Positions 20,509-31,855 are shown, numbered from the stretch's first letter. The stretch is 64,000 nt of DNA from an uncultured Fibrobacterota bacterium (GCA_963753345.1 CAVWBU010000047.1:166002-230001); one strand, 5' to 3'. The notes: generated by a model from the sequence alone, not told the origin. A program made the numbers and translations.

Positions 20509-22387
20509 ATGGCCATGAAATTATCCGATTATGTATTTCAATTCCTTGCCGAAAAAGGCGTGAAGCATGTCTTTATGCTGCCCGGCGGCGGCGCCATGCA
20601 CCTGGATGATTCCTTGGGCCGATGCAAGGCACTTACCTACACCTGTTTTCTGCACGAACAAGCACTTTCCATCGCGGCGGAGGCTTATGGCCAGAACACC
20701 AATTTTCCCGGCGTGGGTTTGGTAACATCCGGTCCCGGAAGCACGAACGCCATTACCGGCGTAACGGCCGCCTTTCTCGACTCCACTCCGTGCGTGTTTA
20801 TCTCCGGTCAAGCCAAGCGGTCCGATCTGAAGGGCAGCAGCCATCACAGGCGTTGCAGCCGCCTTTCTTGACTCCACGCCATGTTTGTTTATCTCCGGTC
20901 AGGCCAAGCGGTCGGATCTGAAAGGCAATACCGGCGTTCGCCAAATGGGTTCGCAGGAGGTCGATATTGTGTCCATGGTGTCGTGCGTCACCAAATACGC
21001 AGTTACCGTGCTGGAGCCGAACAAATTCGCTACCATTTGGAAAGGGCCTGGCACAGCGCGACCAGCGGGAGAATGGGGCCGGTTTGGCTCGATATTCCCC
21101 TCGATGTCCAGGCAGCAACGATCGATGAAACGTTGCTTGCCGGTTTCACCCCGGAACCCACAAGTCGACAGCAGTGCCGGATTACAACGATCGGCGGAAC
21201 AAATTGTTCAAATGCTCAACGCCGCCGAGCGTCCGCTTATTTTGTCCGGCAATGGCGTCAAGCTTGCGGGCGCTCAGGATATGCTGATCAAATTCGCAGA
21301 AGACAATCAAATTCCCATGGTGTTAACCTGGAAGGCAATAGACTTCCTGGGCTACAACCATCCGCTTAATTTCGGCAGTCCCGGTATTATGGGATCTCGT
21401 TCTGCGAATTTTATCGTGCAGAATTGCGATTTCCTGCTTATCATCGGGAGCCGGCTTGACCCCAGCATCACCGCCTTCAACAGCGCCGGCTTTGGAAAAA
21501 ACGCAAAGAAAATCATGGTTGACATCGACGAATCGGAAATCAGAAAGATCGGCCACATCGATGTCGCTGTTGTCGCCGATGCCGGCGACTTCCTTCAAGC
21601 GCTGAATAAGAGGCAGTCAGTCTTGCAGAAGCGGGACAGGAGCACGTGGTTGGCCTATTGCCGCGGCGTCAAGAAACGCTATCCTGTGGTGCTGGACGAG
21701 TACCGTCAAAGCGCCGATTCCGTCAACCTTTACGTCTTTACCGACGAGTTGTTTCAACAGCTTTCTGCGGATGACGTAATAACCCCGGAGAGTTCCGGAG
21801 CCGCGGGCGAAGTCACCTATCAGGCAATGCGCGTTAAAAAAGGACAAAAAGTAAGAAATGCAGCTGCCCTGGGGGCCATGGGGTTCGGACTTCCGTATTC
21901 GATAGGCGCCTGCATTGCCAATAACAACCGCCGCACAATCGTTATTAATGGTGATGGCGCGTTCCAGCTCAATATTCAGGAACTGGAAACAGTGAAGCGG
22001 CTTAAGCTGCCGATCAAGATGTTTATCCTCGATAACGGCAGCTATGGAAGCATCATGGCGACGCAACGGAACATGTTTAACGGCTTTTACGTGGGCTCTG
22101 AACCCGGCAGCGGGCTGACCCTGCCCGATGTGTGCGCCGTGGCCGCAGCCTATGGCATCCGCTGCGAACGCGCCGAAAACCATCGGGAACTCCCGGACGC
22201 CATTGCGCGCACGCTCAAGGGAAACGATCCGGCATTATGTGACGTAAAAGTCACTCAGAATCACGTAACGGCGCCGAGGGTGCAGGCCATGAAGACAGCC
22301 GATGGCGGCATGGTTTCCAAGCCGCTTGAAGACATGTGGCCGTACTTGCCGACGGAAGAGATGGCGCAAGAACATGATCATCCGTAA
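20509..22387 (+). CDS. ThDP-dependent carboligase (YerE/acetolactate-synthase-like), copy 1; interrupted by a 91-bp tandem duplication and frameshifts
   Basis: PGGGAMHL, HEQA, TSGPGSTNAITG, GPVWLDIPLDVQ, GDGAFQLNIQEL, PLEDMWP. Confidence 0.85.
20749..20928 (+). repeat. Diverged tandem duplication (period 91 bp) inside the ThDP gene
   Basis: 20749-20837 and 20840-20928 encode AITGVTAAFLDSTPCVFISGQAKRSDLKG and AITGVAAAFLDSTPCLFISGQAKRSDLKG. Confidence 0.9.
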
Positions 22388-22431
22388 TATAAACCCATTA
22401 ATTCGTGACAAATTGAACTCTTAGAATAAAC

Positions 22432-23550
22432 GTGGATATGAAAATGACAAAATCGGAAATGCGGACGAACTTAAAAGGCTTGTTATCACAGAAAAGAGAT
22501 TATTCTGAAGAAATTAAGAATATTGCAAATAATTGCGAATATGTCGTTTTTTATGGATGTGGAATGATTCTTCCCAGTATTGTTGATACATGGACAAAAT
22601 ATATTGGGAGGAGAATTGATTATTGTTGTGACAGCGATTGTGAAAAATGGGGGAAGTTTTTTAAAGGAATAAAATGTCTTTCTCCCCAGGAGCTTACGGC
22701 CATTAAAGACCGTTGCGCTGTTTTTATAACGATTGGAGATTACAGGCAGATTTACCGTTCGCTTCAAGAAAACGATTTTTTTTCCGTCAATCAAATTTAT
22801 AATTTCGACATTGCCGCTGCAGAATATATCAAAGGATGTAGACAAGAGGAAATAATTGATAACCTGTGTGAGGTATATGGATATTTATCGGACGAAAAAT
22901 CCAGGAAAGTTTTTGAATCCATAATTCATAGGGTCTTTGATAAGAAAATCAATACGGCCGTGATGTCGATGGTTTGTGAAGCCGATCAATATTTTCCGCC
23001 GGATATTGTCAATTTGTCAGAAACAGAATGTTTTGTCGACATAGGTGCATTCACAGGAGATACCGTACAAGATTTTATTCGGCGCACACACGGCAGATTT
23101 GAAAGTATCCTTTGTTTTGAGGTGGACCCAATCAATTACAATGCATTAACCAAAAACGTGGCTCAAATGCCTGAACGTGACCGGATACATACATACAATG
23201 TCGGCATATGGGACAAAGAAACAGACATCACGTTTAAAATCAGCAATTCCCAGAGCGTCATTGGCATGGGAGACGGGAAAGGGCACGTCATTCCTCTTGA
23301 TGATGTTCTTACAGATGAGCGTCTTACTTTCATTAAAATGGATATTGAAGGAGCAGAACCACATGCATTGCGTGGATCTCGGAATATTATCAGGAATCAA
23401 AAACCAACTCTTGCCGTTTGCATATATCACGATCTGAAACATTTATGGGAAATTCCGCTCTTTATCAAGAAGCTTGTACCTGAATACCATATTTGCCTCA
23501 GACACCATACTCATCTGGAGTATGAAACGGTTTGCTATGCCGTTTGTTGA
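22432..23550 (+). CDS. FkbM family methyltransferase
   Basis: FVDIGAFTGDT, FEVDP.N, FIKMDIEGAE, LAVCIYH. Confidence 0.9.
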   Translation: MDMKMTKSEMRTNLKGLLSQKRDYSEEIKNIANNCEYVVFYGCGMILPSIVDTWTKYIGRRIDYCCDSDCEKWGKFFKGIKCLSPQELTAIKDRCAVFITIGDYRQIYRSLQENDFFSVNQIYNFDIAAAEYIKGCRQEEIIDNLCEVYGYLSDEKSRKVFESIIHRVFDKKINTAVMSMVCEADQYFPPDIVNLSETECFVDIGAFTGDTVQDFIRRTHGRFESILCFEVDPINYNALTKNVAQMPERDRIHTYNVGIWDKETDITFKISNSQSVIGMGDGKGHVIPLDDVLTDERLTFIKMDIEGAEPHALRGSRNIIRNQKPTLAVCIYHDLKHLWEIPLFIKKLVPEYHICLRHHTHLEYETVCYAVC

Positions 23551-23600
23551 TTGTTATGTCCGCATTTATTATGAATTCTTTAAACAAATGAGAAAACAAC

Positions 23601-24665
23601 ATGAATATTAATGAAGAATCAAGAAAGCCCTTGGAAAACGAAAGAAGAGAAAAACTCAGAAGAGAGAAGCCGTTGGTGTATGAGAAAATAATGGAATATG
23701 ATTCAAAAATTGCGCGGGGGGAATGTACTGCGATTATAGATTTTTGTTTTGATTACAAATGCAATTTGAAATGCGCTCATTGCAGTAATAGTGAATTCGC
23801 CAAAAAAGAAAGAGCGCTGACCATCAGTGATTTGAATAATTTTACGAAACAGGCCGATGAACTAGGCCTGGCGCAATTCAATATTTCTGGAGGCGAGCCT
23901 TTGTGTTTTGATAATTTAGACGAAATAATACGCGCCCTTGACCCTTTGCGCTTCCATATAGCAATGAGTTCCAATGGACTCTTGTTGACACGGGAAAAAG
24001 CAAAACATCTAAAAGAAATTGGGCTTGACAAGATAAGGATTAGTCTGGATAGTATTGAAGAAAACGTCCACAACAAAAGCAGAAACCAAAAAGGAGTGTA
24101 TTCAAAGGCTATTGCCGCCCTTTTTTATGCAAAGGAAGCTGGTTTGCAGGTGGGAATAAATACCGTCATAAGCCATCAGAATTGCAGAACCGAGTCAACG
24201 GAAAAACTGGCAAAATATGCAAATGACAATGGTTTCAACCTTGACGTGTTCATCGCTCGCGCCATTGGGCGATGGGAGGGCAGGGAAGATGTTTTAATCG
24301 ACGAAGAAGACGCAAAACACCTGATAGATCTCAGAAATAAATACCCGGTGGTGCACAGAGATGTGTTCCCGACCTATAATCAAAACAGAGGTTGTGGAAC
24401 AGTGAAACACATCCTGCATTTGACGAAATATGGCGATATTCTGCCATGTGCATTCATTCACATTTCTCTTGGAAACATTTTCGAAGAACCGTTGAAAGAC
24501 GTTATCAACCGGGGATTGAAAATAAAACATTTTCACGAATATAACCCAAAGTGTTTGTCCGGGGAGGATAGACTTTTTATTGGAAAATATATGACAAAAT
24601 TCTATGGAAAACCTCTCCCTGTTCCTTACTGCGAAGTGTTTACCAAAGATGATTTCTGCGAATAA
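23601..24665 (+). CDS. Radical SAM/SPASM protein
   Basis: CNLKCAHC, SGGEP, C-terminal GC...YGDILPC...GNI...C. Confidence 0.9.
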   Translation: MNINEESRKPLENERREKLRREKPLVYEKIMEYDSKIARGECTAIIDFCFDYKCNLKCAHCSNSEFAKKERALTISDLNNFTKQADELGLAQFNISGGEPLCFDNLDEIIRALDPLRFHIAMSSNGLLLTREKAKHLKEIGLDKIRISLDSIEENVHNKSRNQKGVYSKAIAALFYAKEAGLQVGINTVISHQNCRTESTEKLAKYANDNGFNLDVFIARAIGRWEGREDVLIDEEDAKHLIDLRNKYPVVHRDVFPTYNQNRGCGTVKHILHLTKYGDILPCAFIHISLGNIFEEPLKDVINRGLKIKHFHEYNPKCLSGEDRLFIGKYMTKFYGKPLPVPYCEVFTKDDFCE

Positions 24666-25725
24666 TTTGACACTGTGCTTGGGACCGGTTCCAGAAGGAC
24701 TGCCGGAAGATCTATTCGACAGTCGGATCCGTTGCTACCATTGCGGATTGGAAAGAATGCCACCCGAAAGTGTGTCAGGATTTTCTCTTTTATGCGAAGT
24801 AAACGGCGTGCATACATTTTCAAAACGCACTTTTTCGTTGTACCGTTGTGAAACGTGTGGAATGGGAGTGACATTTCCACGAATTGCTGAACGATATATT
24901 CCCATCTTGTATGAAAATCATGCTACGATACCGTTTTCAGAAGAAGAAGGGATTGTTGATAATGTTCGGAAACTTTTTTTTCTTTTGGAAGCGCGATGGT
25001 GGTTGAAGCGCATTGGCACGATTGGCAATTTTTCCGGAGATGGTGTACAGTTCCGCATACTTGATTTTGGGACAGGCAGCGGGATGAATGCAATAGCGTT
25101 TGCACGTGTTTTGAAAGACCGTGGCAGGGTGTGGGCCACAGATTTTGCAACGCAAACTCCTCCACGGCTGTTGGAGAGCACGCAGGTATCGTATATCCCT
25201 TATGAATTGTTGGAAAAATCAGATCAGAAGTTTGATTGCATACATGTGCGAAATACGCTCGAACATGCATCGAATCCGTTGTTGCTTTTGTCGCGGCTGC
25301 GAGAATCGCTTTCTACGGGAGGTTCGTTGCTCATTGAAGTTCCGAGTTTGTTTCCTGCGCTGCATCCTTTTACCATGCGCCATTTTCAAGAACTGTTTCA
25401 ATCGAATCTGCCCTACCATTACTATTTTTTTACTCCAGAATCAATGCGTGTCTTGTTGCTGCGCGCCGGTTTCTCTTCAGAGATTCGGACAATGGATATT
25501 CCCGTTATCGGGCGCATGCTGCAGGCGCGGACAGGAAGTTTATTCAAGGGGCGGAGGTATCTTCTGTTGTTCGCGATAGGGATTCTTCTGTACCCTTTGC
25601 AGTGGTTGTATGTCCGATTGGTTGGAAGTTATCCCGTGATCAGGGCCCTTGCACGGAAGATTGACGATATGGAAATCACGTCGCCTCTTCAGCAAATACA
25701 TCGTAAAAATGGTTCTGCTATATGA
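24649..25725 (+). CDS. Class I SAM-dependent methyltransferase with N-terminal CxxC pairs
   Basis: CYHC...CETC, ILDFGTGSG, LEH, IEVP. Confidence 0.82.
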   Translation: MISANNLTLCLGPVPEGLPEDLFDSRIRCYHCGLERMPPESVSGFSLLCEVNGVHTFSKRTFSLYRCETCGMGVTFPRIAERYIPILYENHATIPFSEEEGIVDNVRKLFFLLEARWWLKRIGTIGNFSGDGVQFRILDFGTGSGMNAIAFARVLKDRGRVWATDFATQTPPRLLESTQVSYIPYELLEKSDQKFDCIHVRNTLEHASNPLLLLSRLRESLSTGGSLLIEVPSLFPALHPFTMRHFQELFQSNLPYHYYFFTPESMRVLLLRAGFSSEIRTMDIPVIGRMLQARTGSLFKGRRYLLLFAIGILLYPLQWLYVRLVGSYPVIRALARKIDDMEITSPLQQIHRKNGSAI

Positions 25726-26879
25726 AAAAACCATATCTCAGTAATTCCGGTTTGTTGAATTTAAAGGAGGCGTTTTGGCTGTCGTTGGCTTCCCCCCATT
25801 TCGCTTGCACCAATTTTAGAGATAAGCTTTCAGGAAAAAAGCAGATTCCGTTTCCTCGCTTTATAGACTTGCATTTAACCGACAATTGCAACTTTGCGTG
25901 TCCGATGTGTTCAGTCGCCGAGATTAGAAAATCGCATTTAAGCGCCGGGTTTCAGCAGATGCCGATTGAAATTATTAATAACTTGGCAAAAGAAGCCAGA
26001 CCACACGGAGCTATCGTAACCCTTTACGGTGGGGAACCGCTGCTATATCAGCACCTTGATGAGGCACTGCACCTACTGAAGCACAACAATTTGCTCGCCT
26101 TTATGACAACAAATGGCCTCTTATTGGAGAAAAAAGCTGATTCTCTCATCACCGGTGGACTTCATGAAATACAAATTTCGCTTGATGGCTGGGATGAAAA
26201 TTCACAGTACAAGAGAGGTTATGTAGCTGGTTCTTTTGAGGCCATTATTAAAGGAATTGAAAAACTTCTGGTTAAAAAGGGAAAGAAGCCCTTTCCTATC
26301 ATTCGTATCGTCACAGTTGTTACTAAGAACAACTTTCATAGCCTTGACCGAATCCAACAAACGATTTATAACCTCGGCATCAACCAATGGGTTATTAACC
26401 AGTATCAGTTTGTCACAAGCGATGTTCTTAAAGACCACGAAAACTTCAAAAAGTCAACGGGTATTGGTGACTTCATTCTCGGTGATAGAATGGGAGATAC
26501 ACCTTACTTTTCTAAAGAGGAAATACTTGAATTAAAAGCCTCCTTGGATCGAGTGCGCATTCAGCAACAAAAACTTAATATGAAAATTTGTTATAATTGG
26601 GATATCGACCTAGAACGATACTATTCGTTCGCAATGCCAACAAGACATTCCGTCTGTCGGCTTCCTTTCACTCGCGTTGATATACTTGCCGACGGAAGCG
26701 CAATGCTTTGTATTGAAGGTTATAAAATCGGATCCTTGGCAACAGAAACCCTTAAAGAAGCGTGGCGCGGAGATCGCGCTCGACGTTTCCGTTCGCTATA
26801 CAAATCCCTGGGGGTTATACCGATGTGTTTCCGGTGCTGTGGAATATACTTTGGTACAATGGTATTTGAGGGCGTTTAA
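25722..26879 (+). CDS. Radical SAM/SPASM protein
   Basis: CNFACPMC, GGEPL, TNG, ISLDG, CRLPF...DG..C...CFRCC. Confidence 0.9.
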   Translation: MKKPYLSNSGLLNLKEAFWLSLASPHFACTNFRDKLSGKKQIPFPRFIDLHLTDNCNFACPMCSVAEIRKSHLSAGFQQMPIEIINNLAKEARPHGAIVTLYGGEPLLYQHLDEALHLLKHNNLLAFMTTNGLLLEKKADSLITGGLHEIQISLDGWDENSQYKRGYVAGSFEAIIKGIEKLLVKKGKKPFPIIRIVTVVTKNNFHSLDRIQQTIYNLGINQWVINQYQFVTSDVLKDHENFKKSTGIGDFILGDRMGDTPYFSKEEILELKASLDRVRIQQQKLNMKICYNWDIDLERYYSFAMPTRHSVCRLPFTRVDILADGSAMLCIEGYKIGSLATETLKEAWRGDRARRFRSLYKSLGVIPMCFRCCGIYFGTMVFEGV

Positions 26880-26912
26880 AATATTGAAGAACGATGATGG
26901 TATATTTCATAC

Positions 26913-27944
26913 ATGATTAGATATACAGAATTGAAATCAACCAACCGGCAGAACCTTATTGAGGTACTACCGCTTGAAAAGCCGTTTACTGTGCTGATTG
27001 AGCCCTCAAGCTTGTGTAATTTTAAATGCATTCAGTGTTTCCAAAGCCTCCGGAAATCATCATATTTTACGAGGACCAAGATGAACATGCCGCTGGACCG
27101 GTTTCAGCGGCTCCTAGAACAATTGAAAAGCTGGGCCGGGGTAAAACATAAGGTTCTCAAGTTGAACCTTTATGGAGAGCCGCTGATGAACCCTGATTTT
27201 TGCGAGATGCTGAAACTCGCCAGGGAGGCAGCTATCGCAGAACGGATCGAAACCACCTCCAATGCCTCGCTGCTTTCCCGCGCCGTTGCCGAAAAAATGG
27301 TGGAATACCAGCTCGATTATGCTGGGATCTCCATATATGCCCCAGACCAAGAAAAACACCAGGCCATCACGGGTTCCCGGACGGATATTCGTCTCATTCA
27401 TGGAAATTTACGGGTCCTGCAGGATATTAAGAGGGCGAAGGGATCGGAAAAACCTTTTGTCAGCTGCAAAATGCTTGATTCGTACGGTCCGGAAAACAAC
27501 CGTTTCTTCTCAATGTATCAGGACGTTGCCGACGAAGTTTTCATAGATAAACCCCATGGCTGGATCAGGGCGGACAGCATCGATTTCGTGAAGAGTTATT
27601 ATAAGGGTGATGTTGCTGCCGCCCGCGATGACCTCCTGCAGAACAGTACTCAGAGAATTGCCTGTCCCATGGCCTTTACCACCATGGCGGTTCGGTGCAA
27701 CGGCGATGTATCGCCATGCTGCGTTGATTATATCGGCGGAACCAATCTTGGCAACATCGAAGAGCGTTCTATGAGCGAGATCTGGCATTCAGACCGCTGG
27801 TATGAATTTCAGAAGATCCAGCTTGAAAACCGCAAAAAGGAGAATTATTCCTGCGCACGGTGCGATATTTACAGAAGCGATCATTTCACAAAGGATACCA
27901 TTGACGGTTTTCGGGTGGAGAAATTGCGGGGGGATCATGAATGA
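26913..27944 (+). CDS. Radical SAM/SPASM protein
   Basis: CNFKCIQC, GEPLMN, CPMAF...NGDVSPCC...CARC. Confidence 0.9.
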   Translation: MIRYTELKSTNRQNLIEVLPLEKPFTVLIEPSSLCNFKCIQCFQSLRKSSYFTRTKMNMPLDRFQRLLEQLKSWAGVKHKVLKLNLYGEPLMNPDFCEMLKLAREAAIAERIETTSNASLLSRAVAEKMVEYQLDYAGISIYAPDQEKHQAITGSRTDIRLIHGNLRVLQDIKRAKGSEKPFVSCKMLDSYGPENNRFFSMYQDVADEVFIDKPHGWIRADSIDFVKSYYKGDVAAARDDLLQNSTQRIACPMAFTTMAVRCNGDVSPCCVDYIGGTNLGNIEERSMSEIWHSDRWYEFQKIQLENRKKENYSCARCDIYRSDHFTKDTIDGFRVEKLRGDHE

Positions 27945-28878
27945 CCAGAAATTAATTAGCGTCGTTACAGGTTGTCTCAACGAGGAGGGAAACCTCCAGG
28001 TTTTCTATAATCGCGTGAAAAAGGTGTTGGCCCAATTCCCTCAGTACCGACACGAGATAATTATTGCGGACAATTGTTCCACGGACGGCAGCCGAAAAAT
28101 CCTGCGGCGTATCGCTGCTCAGGACAAGAATTTCAGGGTTATTATGAATTCCAGGAATTTTGGGCCCATCCGATCAGGTTACAACGCTTTTTTACAGGCC
28201 AACGGTGATGCAGTGGTGCTGATGAGCGCAGATCTTCAGGATCCACCGGAGCTGATTGCCGAATTTATTCAGAAATGGGAACAAGGTTTTCAGGTGGTTT
28301 GCGGGGTACGAAGCGGGAGCGAGGGTAATCTGGTAATGTCATTTCTTCGCCGAAGCTACTACCGCTGGCTGGCGAGATTTTCCGACACAGATTATATCAT
28401 CCAAAACTTTACCGGGTTCGGCCTGTATAGTCGAAAAGTCATGGAGGCCCTGAAACGATTTCCTGATCCGGAGCCGTACTTTCGCGGGTTTATCTCGGAA
28501 GTTGGATTTCCTCGGGCCGAAGCAAGCTTTGTCCAGCCGAAACGAAAATACGGCAGATCAAAACATACCTTTTTTTCTCTCTACGACGTAGCAATGACAG
28601 GGTTCGTGAATCATTCCAAGCTGCCGCTGAGGATGGCGACGTTTTGCGGATTTTGCTTGGCTGGTGTCAGTCTGGTCATTGCACTGGGCTATTTCATCTA
28701 CAAATTGGTGTTCTGGGAAACTTTTGAGTTAGGGCTGGCACCAATAGTGATCGGACTATTCTTCTTCTCGGCGGTGCAGCTGATCTTCATAGGCATTATC
28801 GGTGAATACATCGGTGCAATTCTGACTCAGGTGAAAAACCGTCCGCTCGCTATTGAAGAAGAACGAATTAATTTCTGA
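27937..28878 (+). CDS. GT2 polyprenol-phosphate glycosyltransferase (GtrB/ArnC-like)
   Basis: NEE.N, DNCSTDGS, RNFG, ADLQDPPE, two C-terminal TMs, IGEYIG. Confidence 0.92.
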   Translation: MNDQKLISVVTGCLNEEGNLQVFYNRVKKVLAQFPQYRHEIIIADNCSTDGSRKILRRIAAQDKNFRVIMNSRNFGPIRSGYNAFLQANGDAVVLMSADLQDPPELIAEFIQKWEQGFQVVCGVRSGSEGNLVMSFLRRSYYRWLARFSDTDYIIQNFTGFGLYSRKVMEALKRFPDPEPYFRGFISEVGFPRAEASFVQPKRKYGRSKHTFFSLYDVAMTGFVNHSKLPLRMATFCGFCLAGVSLVIALGYFIYKLVFWETFELGLAPIVIGLFFFSAVQLIFIGIIGEYIGAILTQVKNRPLAIEEERINF

Positions 28879-28888
28879 GGGCTCTAGT

Positions 28889-30032
28889 ATGACGATTAGC
28901 AACTGCAGGGTTTGCGGGCAAGCGTTTTTCGGGGCACCGTTATTGCATTATGAGGATATGCCGAAGGCGGCCCAAAACTTTCCTAACGCAGCTGCCCTGA
29001 AAAACGAGACGGGCGTTGACCTAACCGTTTGTCAATGTTCGGGTTGCGGTTTGGTGCAATTGAGCAACGACCCTGTACCCTACTTCCGCGAAGTGATCCG
29101 GGCCGTGGCTTTTTCCAAGGTAGTCAAGGAGTTCAAGACCAGGCAATTCGCTGATTTTCTCGAAAAGTATTCTCTCCTTGGGAAAAAGGTCATCGAAATT
29201 GGGTGCGGCCGCGGAGAATTCCTTACCCTGATGCAGTCCTTGGACGTCGCAGCTTTTGGTTTAGAGTATTCAGCCGCGTCGGTTGCCGCATGTGTGAAGA
29301 ACGGGCTCAACGTGTCGAGGGGTTATTTTGATAAAGACACGACGATGCTGGATAACGGGCCTTTTGATGCCTTTTTGCTGTTGATGTTTCTTGAGCATAT
29401 GCCTGACCCCAATTTTGCGCTTAAAGGGATTTGTAACAATCTGAAGGACGGAGCTGTGGGTATTATCGAGGTTCCGAATTTTGACATGATCGTTGCGGAA
29501 GAAGCTGTTTTCCGAATTTATCGGCGATCACCTTCTCTATTTTTCAAAAGGGACTTTGCAAAACACGTTGAATTTAAACGGGTTTGATGTCTTGGAATGC
29601 GCTGAAATCCGCGACGATTATGTGCTATCCGCCACAGTCGCAAAAGAAAGAGAATGGACGTATCTGGTCTCTTGAAAAATCAAAGAAAGATTCACGACGA
29701 AATCCTTGATTTTATAGGAAGGTTCGAACGAAAGAAGGTTGCAGTTTGGGGCGCCGGCCATCAGGCTTTGGCTATCATCGCCATGACGAAAATAGCCCGG
29801 GAAATCAGGTATGTGGTGGACTCTGCAACCTTCAAGCAGGGCAAATTTACACCAGCTTCTCATATGCCCATTGTTGCGCCCGATGCTTTGCACTCGGATC
29901 CCGTAGATGCTGTCATTGTCATGGCGGCAAGCTATTCCGACGAGGTCGCCAGCATTCTGCGGCAAAAATATGGCAAAATAATCAAGTATCTCGATATTAA
30001 GGGATTTCGGACTGGAGTTCGTAGGAAATTAG
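28889..30032 (+). CDS. Sugar C-methyltransferase-like SAM methyltransferase, frameshifted (~29495, ~29645, ~29980)
   Basis: CRVC...CSGCGLVQ, EIGCGRG, LEH, EVPN, WGAGHQ, KQGKFTP, C-terminal ILRDFGLEFVGN*. Confidence 0.8.
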
Positions 30033-30049
30033 GATCAATGTGCGACTTC

Positions 30050-30534
30050 ATGTTCCGGCAAATTCGCAAAGCCCTGAAAAATAAAATAGTTCGTTTTTTT
30101 CTTGTCAGCGGCCTCAATACCGCCTTTGGATACGGTTTTTTTCTTTATTGATATTTATCGGTTTGCATTATGCAATTGCCGGGTTGGTTACCACAATTCT
30201 TGGAATACTTTTCAATTTCAAGACAACAGGGATGCTTGTCTTTGGCAACAACAAGAACAAGCTTATTCTTAAATTCATTGGAGTTTATGGAATTAATTAT
30301 GCGGTTGGAATGTTATTGCTCACGGTCCTTGAGCGTTCCGGAGTGGATGCATTGCTAAGCGTAACACTATTTCAAATTGTCCACTACTCGTTGCTCAAGA
30401 ACCCGAGAATCAATGCTTGCATTGGTGCAACAATACTTGCAATACCCATGGGCCTGTTCGCATATTTTCTCAATCATCGTTTTGTTTTTGCCAGGCCGAA
30501 GTTGCTTCCTGTGCAAGACACAAAAGAAAGTTGA
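30050..30534 (+). CDS. GtrA family flippase-like protein, frameshift in poly-T at ~30140
   Basis: RFFLVSGLNTAFGY...ILFNF.T...VF...KFI.VY...LNHRFVF. Confidence 0.8.
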
Positions 30535-30537
30535 TGC

Positions 30538-31855
30538 ATGGACTCTCCCGGATCATTGCGACAACAAATCCTGAAACTCACACGGGAATTTTACCAAACA
30601 GCAATTCTCCGGAAAGCCTTTTGTTGCTGGAAAAGACAAAATTCACTACGGCGGCAGGGTTTTCGATGAAAAAGAATTGGTGAATCTTGTTGACTCAAGC
30701 CTGGACTTCTGGCTTACGGCCGGCAGATATGCCGAAGAATTCGAAGCGCGCCTCTGCGCTTACCTGGGCGTATCCAACGCAATCCTTGTGAACTCGGGGT
30801 CTTCGGCAAATCTTATCGCCATAACCTTGCTGACATCCCACAAACTCGGAGAGAGACGATTAAAGCCGGGCGATGAAGTCATCACCGTGGCTGCAGGATT
30901 TCCAACCACCATTGCGCCTCTCACGCAAAACCAATTGGTTCCCGTATTCGTCGACGTAGATGTGGCTACCTACAACGTAAGGGTAGCGGATCTCCAAAAA
31001 GCAATTTCCTCCAAAACGCGCGCAATATTCATCGCTCACGCATTTGGAAATCCTTTTGATATCGATGCTATAACATCAATTGCGAAGAAACATGATTTGT
31101 GGTTGATTGAGGATAATTGCGATGCGCTCGGATCACGGTACAAGGGAAAATTGACAGGCAGCTTTGGCCATATTGCCACCCTCTCCTTTTATGCCGCTCA
31201 TCATATTACCACGGGCGAAGGCGGGTGTGTAGTAACAAACGATGAGACCATCGCAACAATCGCCCGTTCCTTCCGTGACTGGGGCCGGGATTGCTATTGC
31301 CAAGGAAATCAGAGCAATCGTTGCGGAAAACGGTTCTCCCAGAAATTCGGCGACCTTCCTGTGGGGTACGATCACAAATATGTTTACAGTCATCTCGGGT
31401 ACAATCTTAAAATGACCGACATGCAGGCGGCCATCGGGCTGGCCCAGATGGATAAACTGGATGCTTTCGTTGAACAAAGGAAACACAACTTTCATCTGCT
31501 TCGTAGCGGACTGGAACACCTTGATGCGTACCTGCTGTTGCCCGAAGCGACTTCAGACAGCGATCCTTCGTGGTTCTGTTTTCCGATTTCGGTGCGGGAA
31601 AATGCTCCGTTTACCAGAACGCAATTGACCGGATATCTCGAAGCCAACCTTATTGAAACCCGCAACTTCTTCGGCGGCAATCTGCTCCGGCAGCCTGCTT
31701 TGGCTCATGTCAACTGCAGGACGGTCGGCGACCTTAGGAACACCGATTTTGTCATGAACAATTCGTTCTTTGTCGGCGTCTACCCGGAAATAACCGACCG
31801 TCACATAGAATATATTCTCGATATTTTCGAGAGATTTGTGGGTTCGTTCAAATAA
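30538..31855 (+). CDS. rfbH: CDP-4-keto-6-deoxyglucose 3-dehydratase (E1), copy 1; frameshift at ~30620
   Basis: GRVFD, LVNSGSSANL, EDNCDALG, AHHITTGEGG, RDWGRDCYC, YDHKY. Confidence 0.92.
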
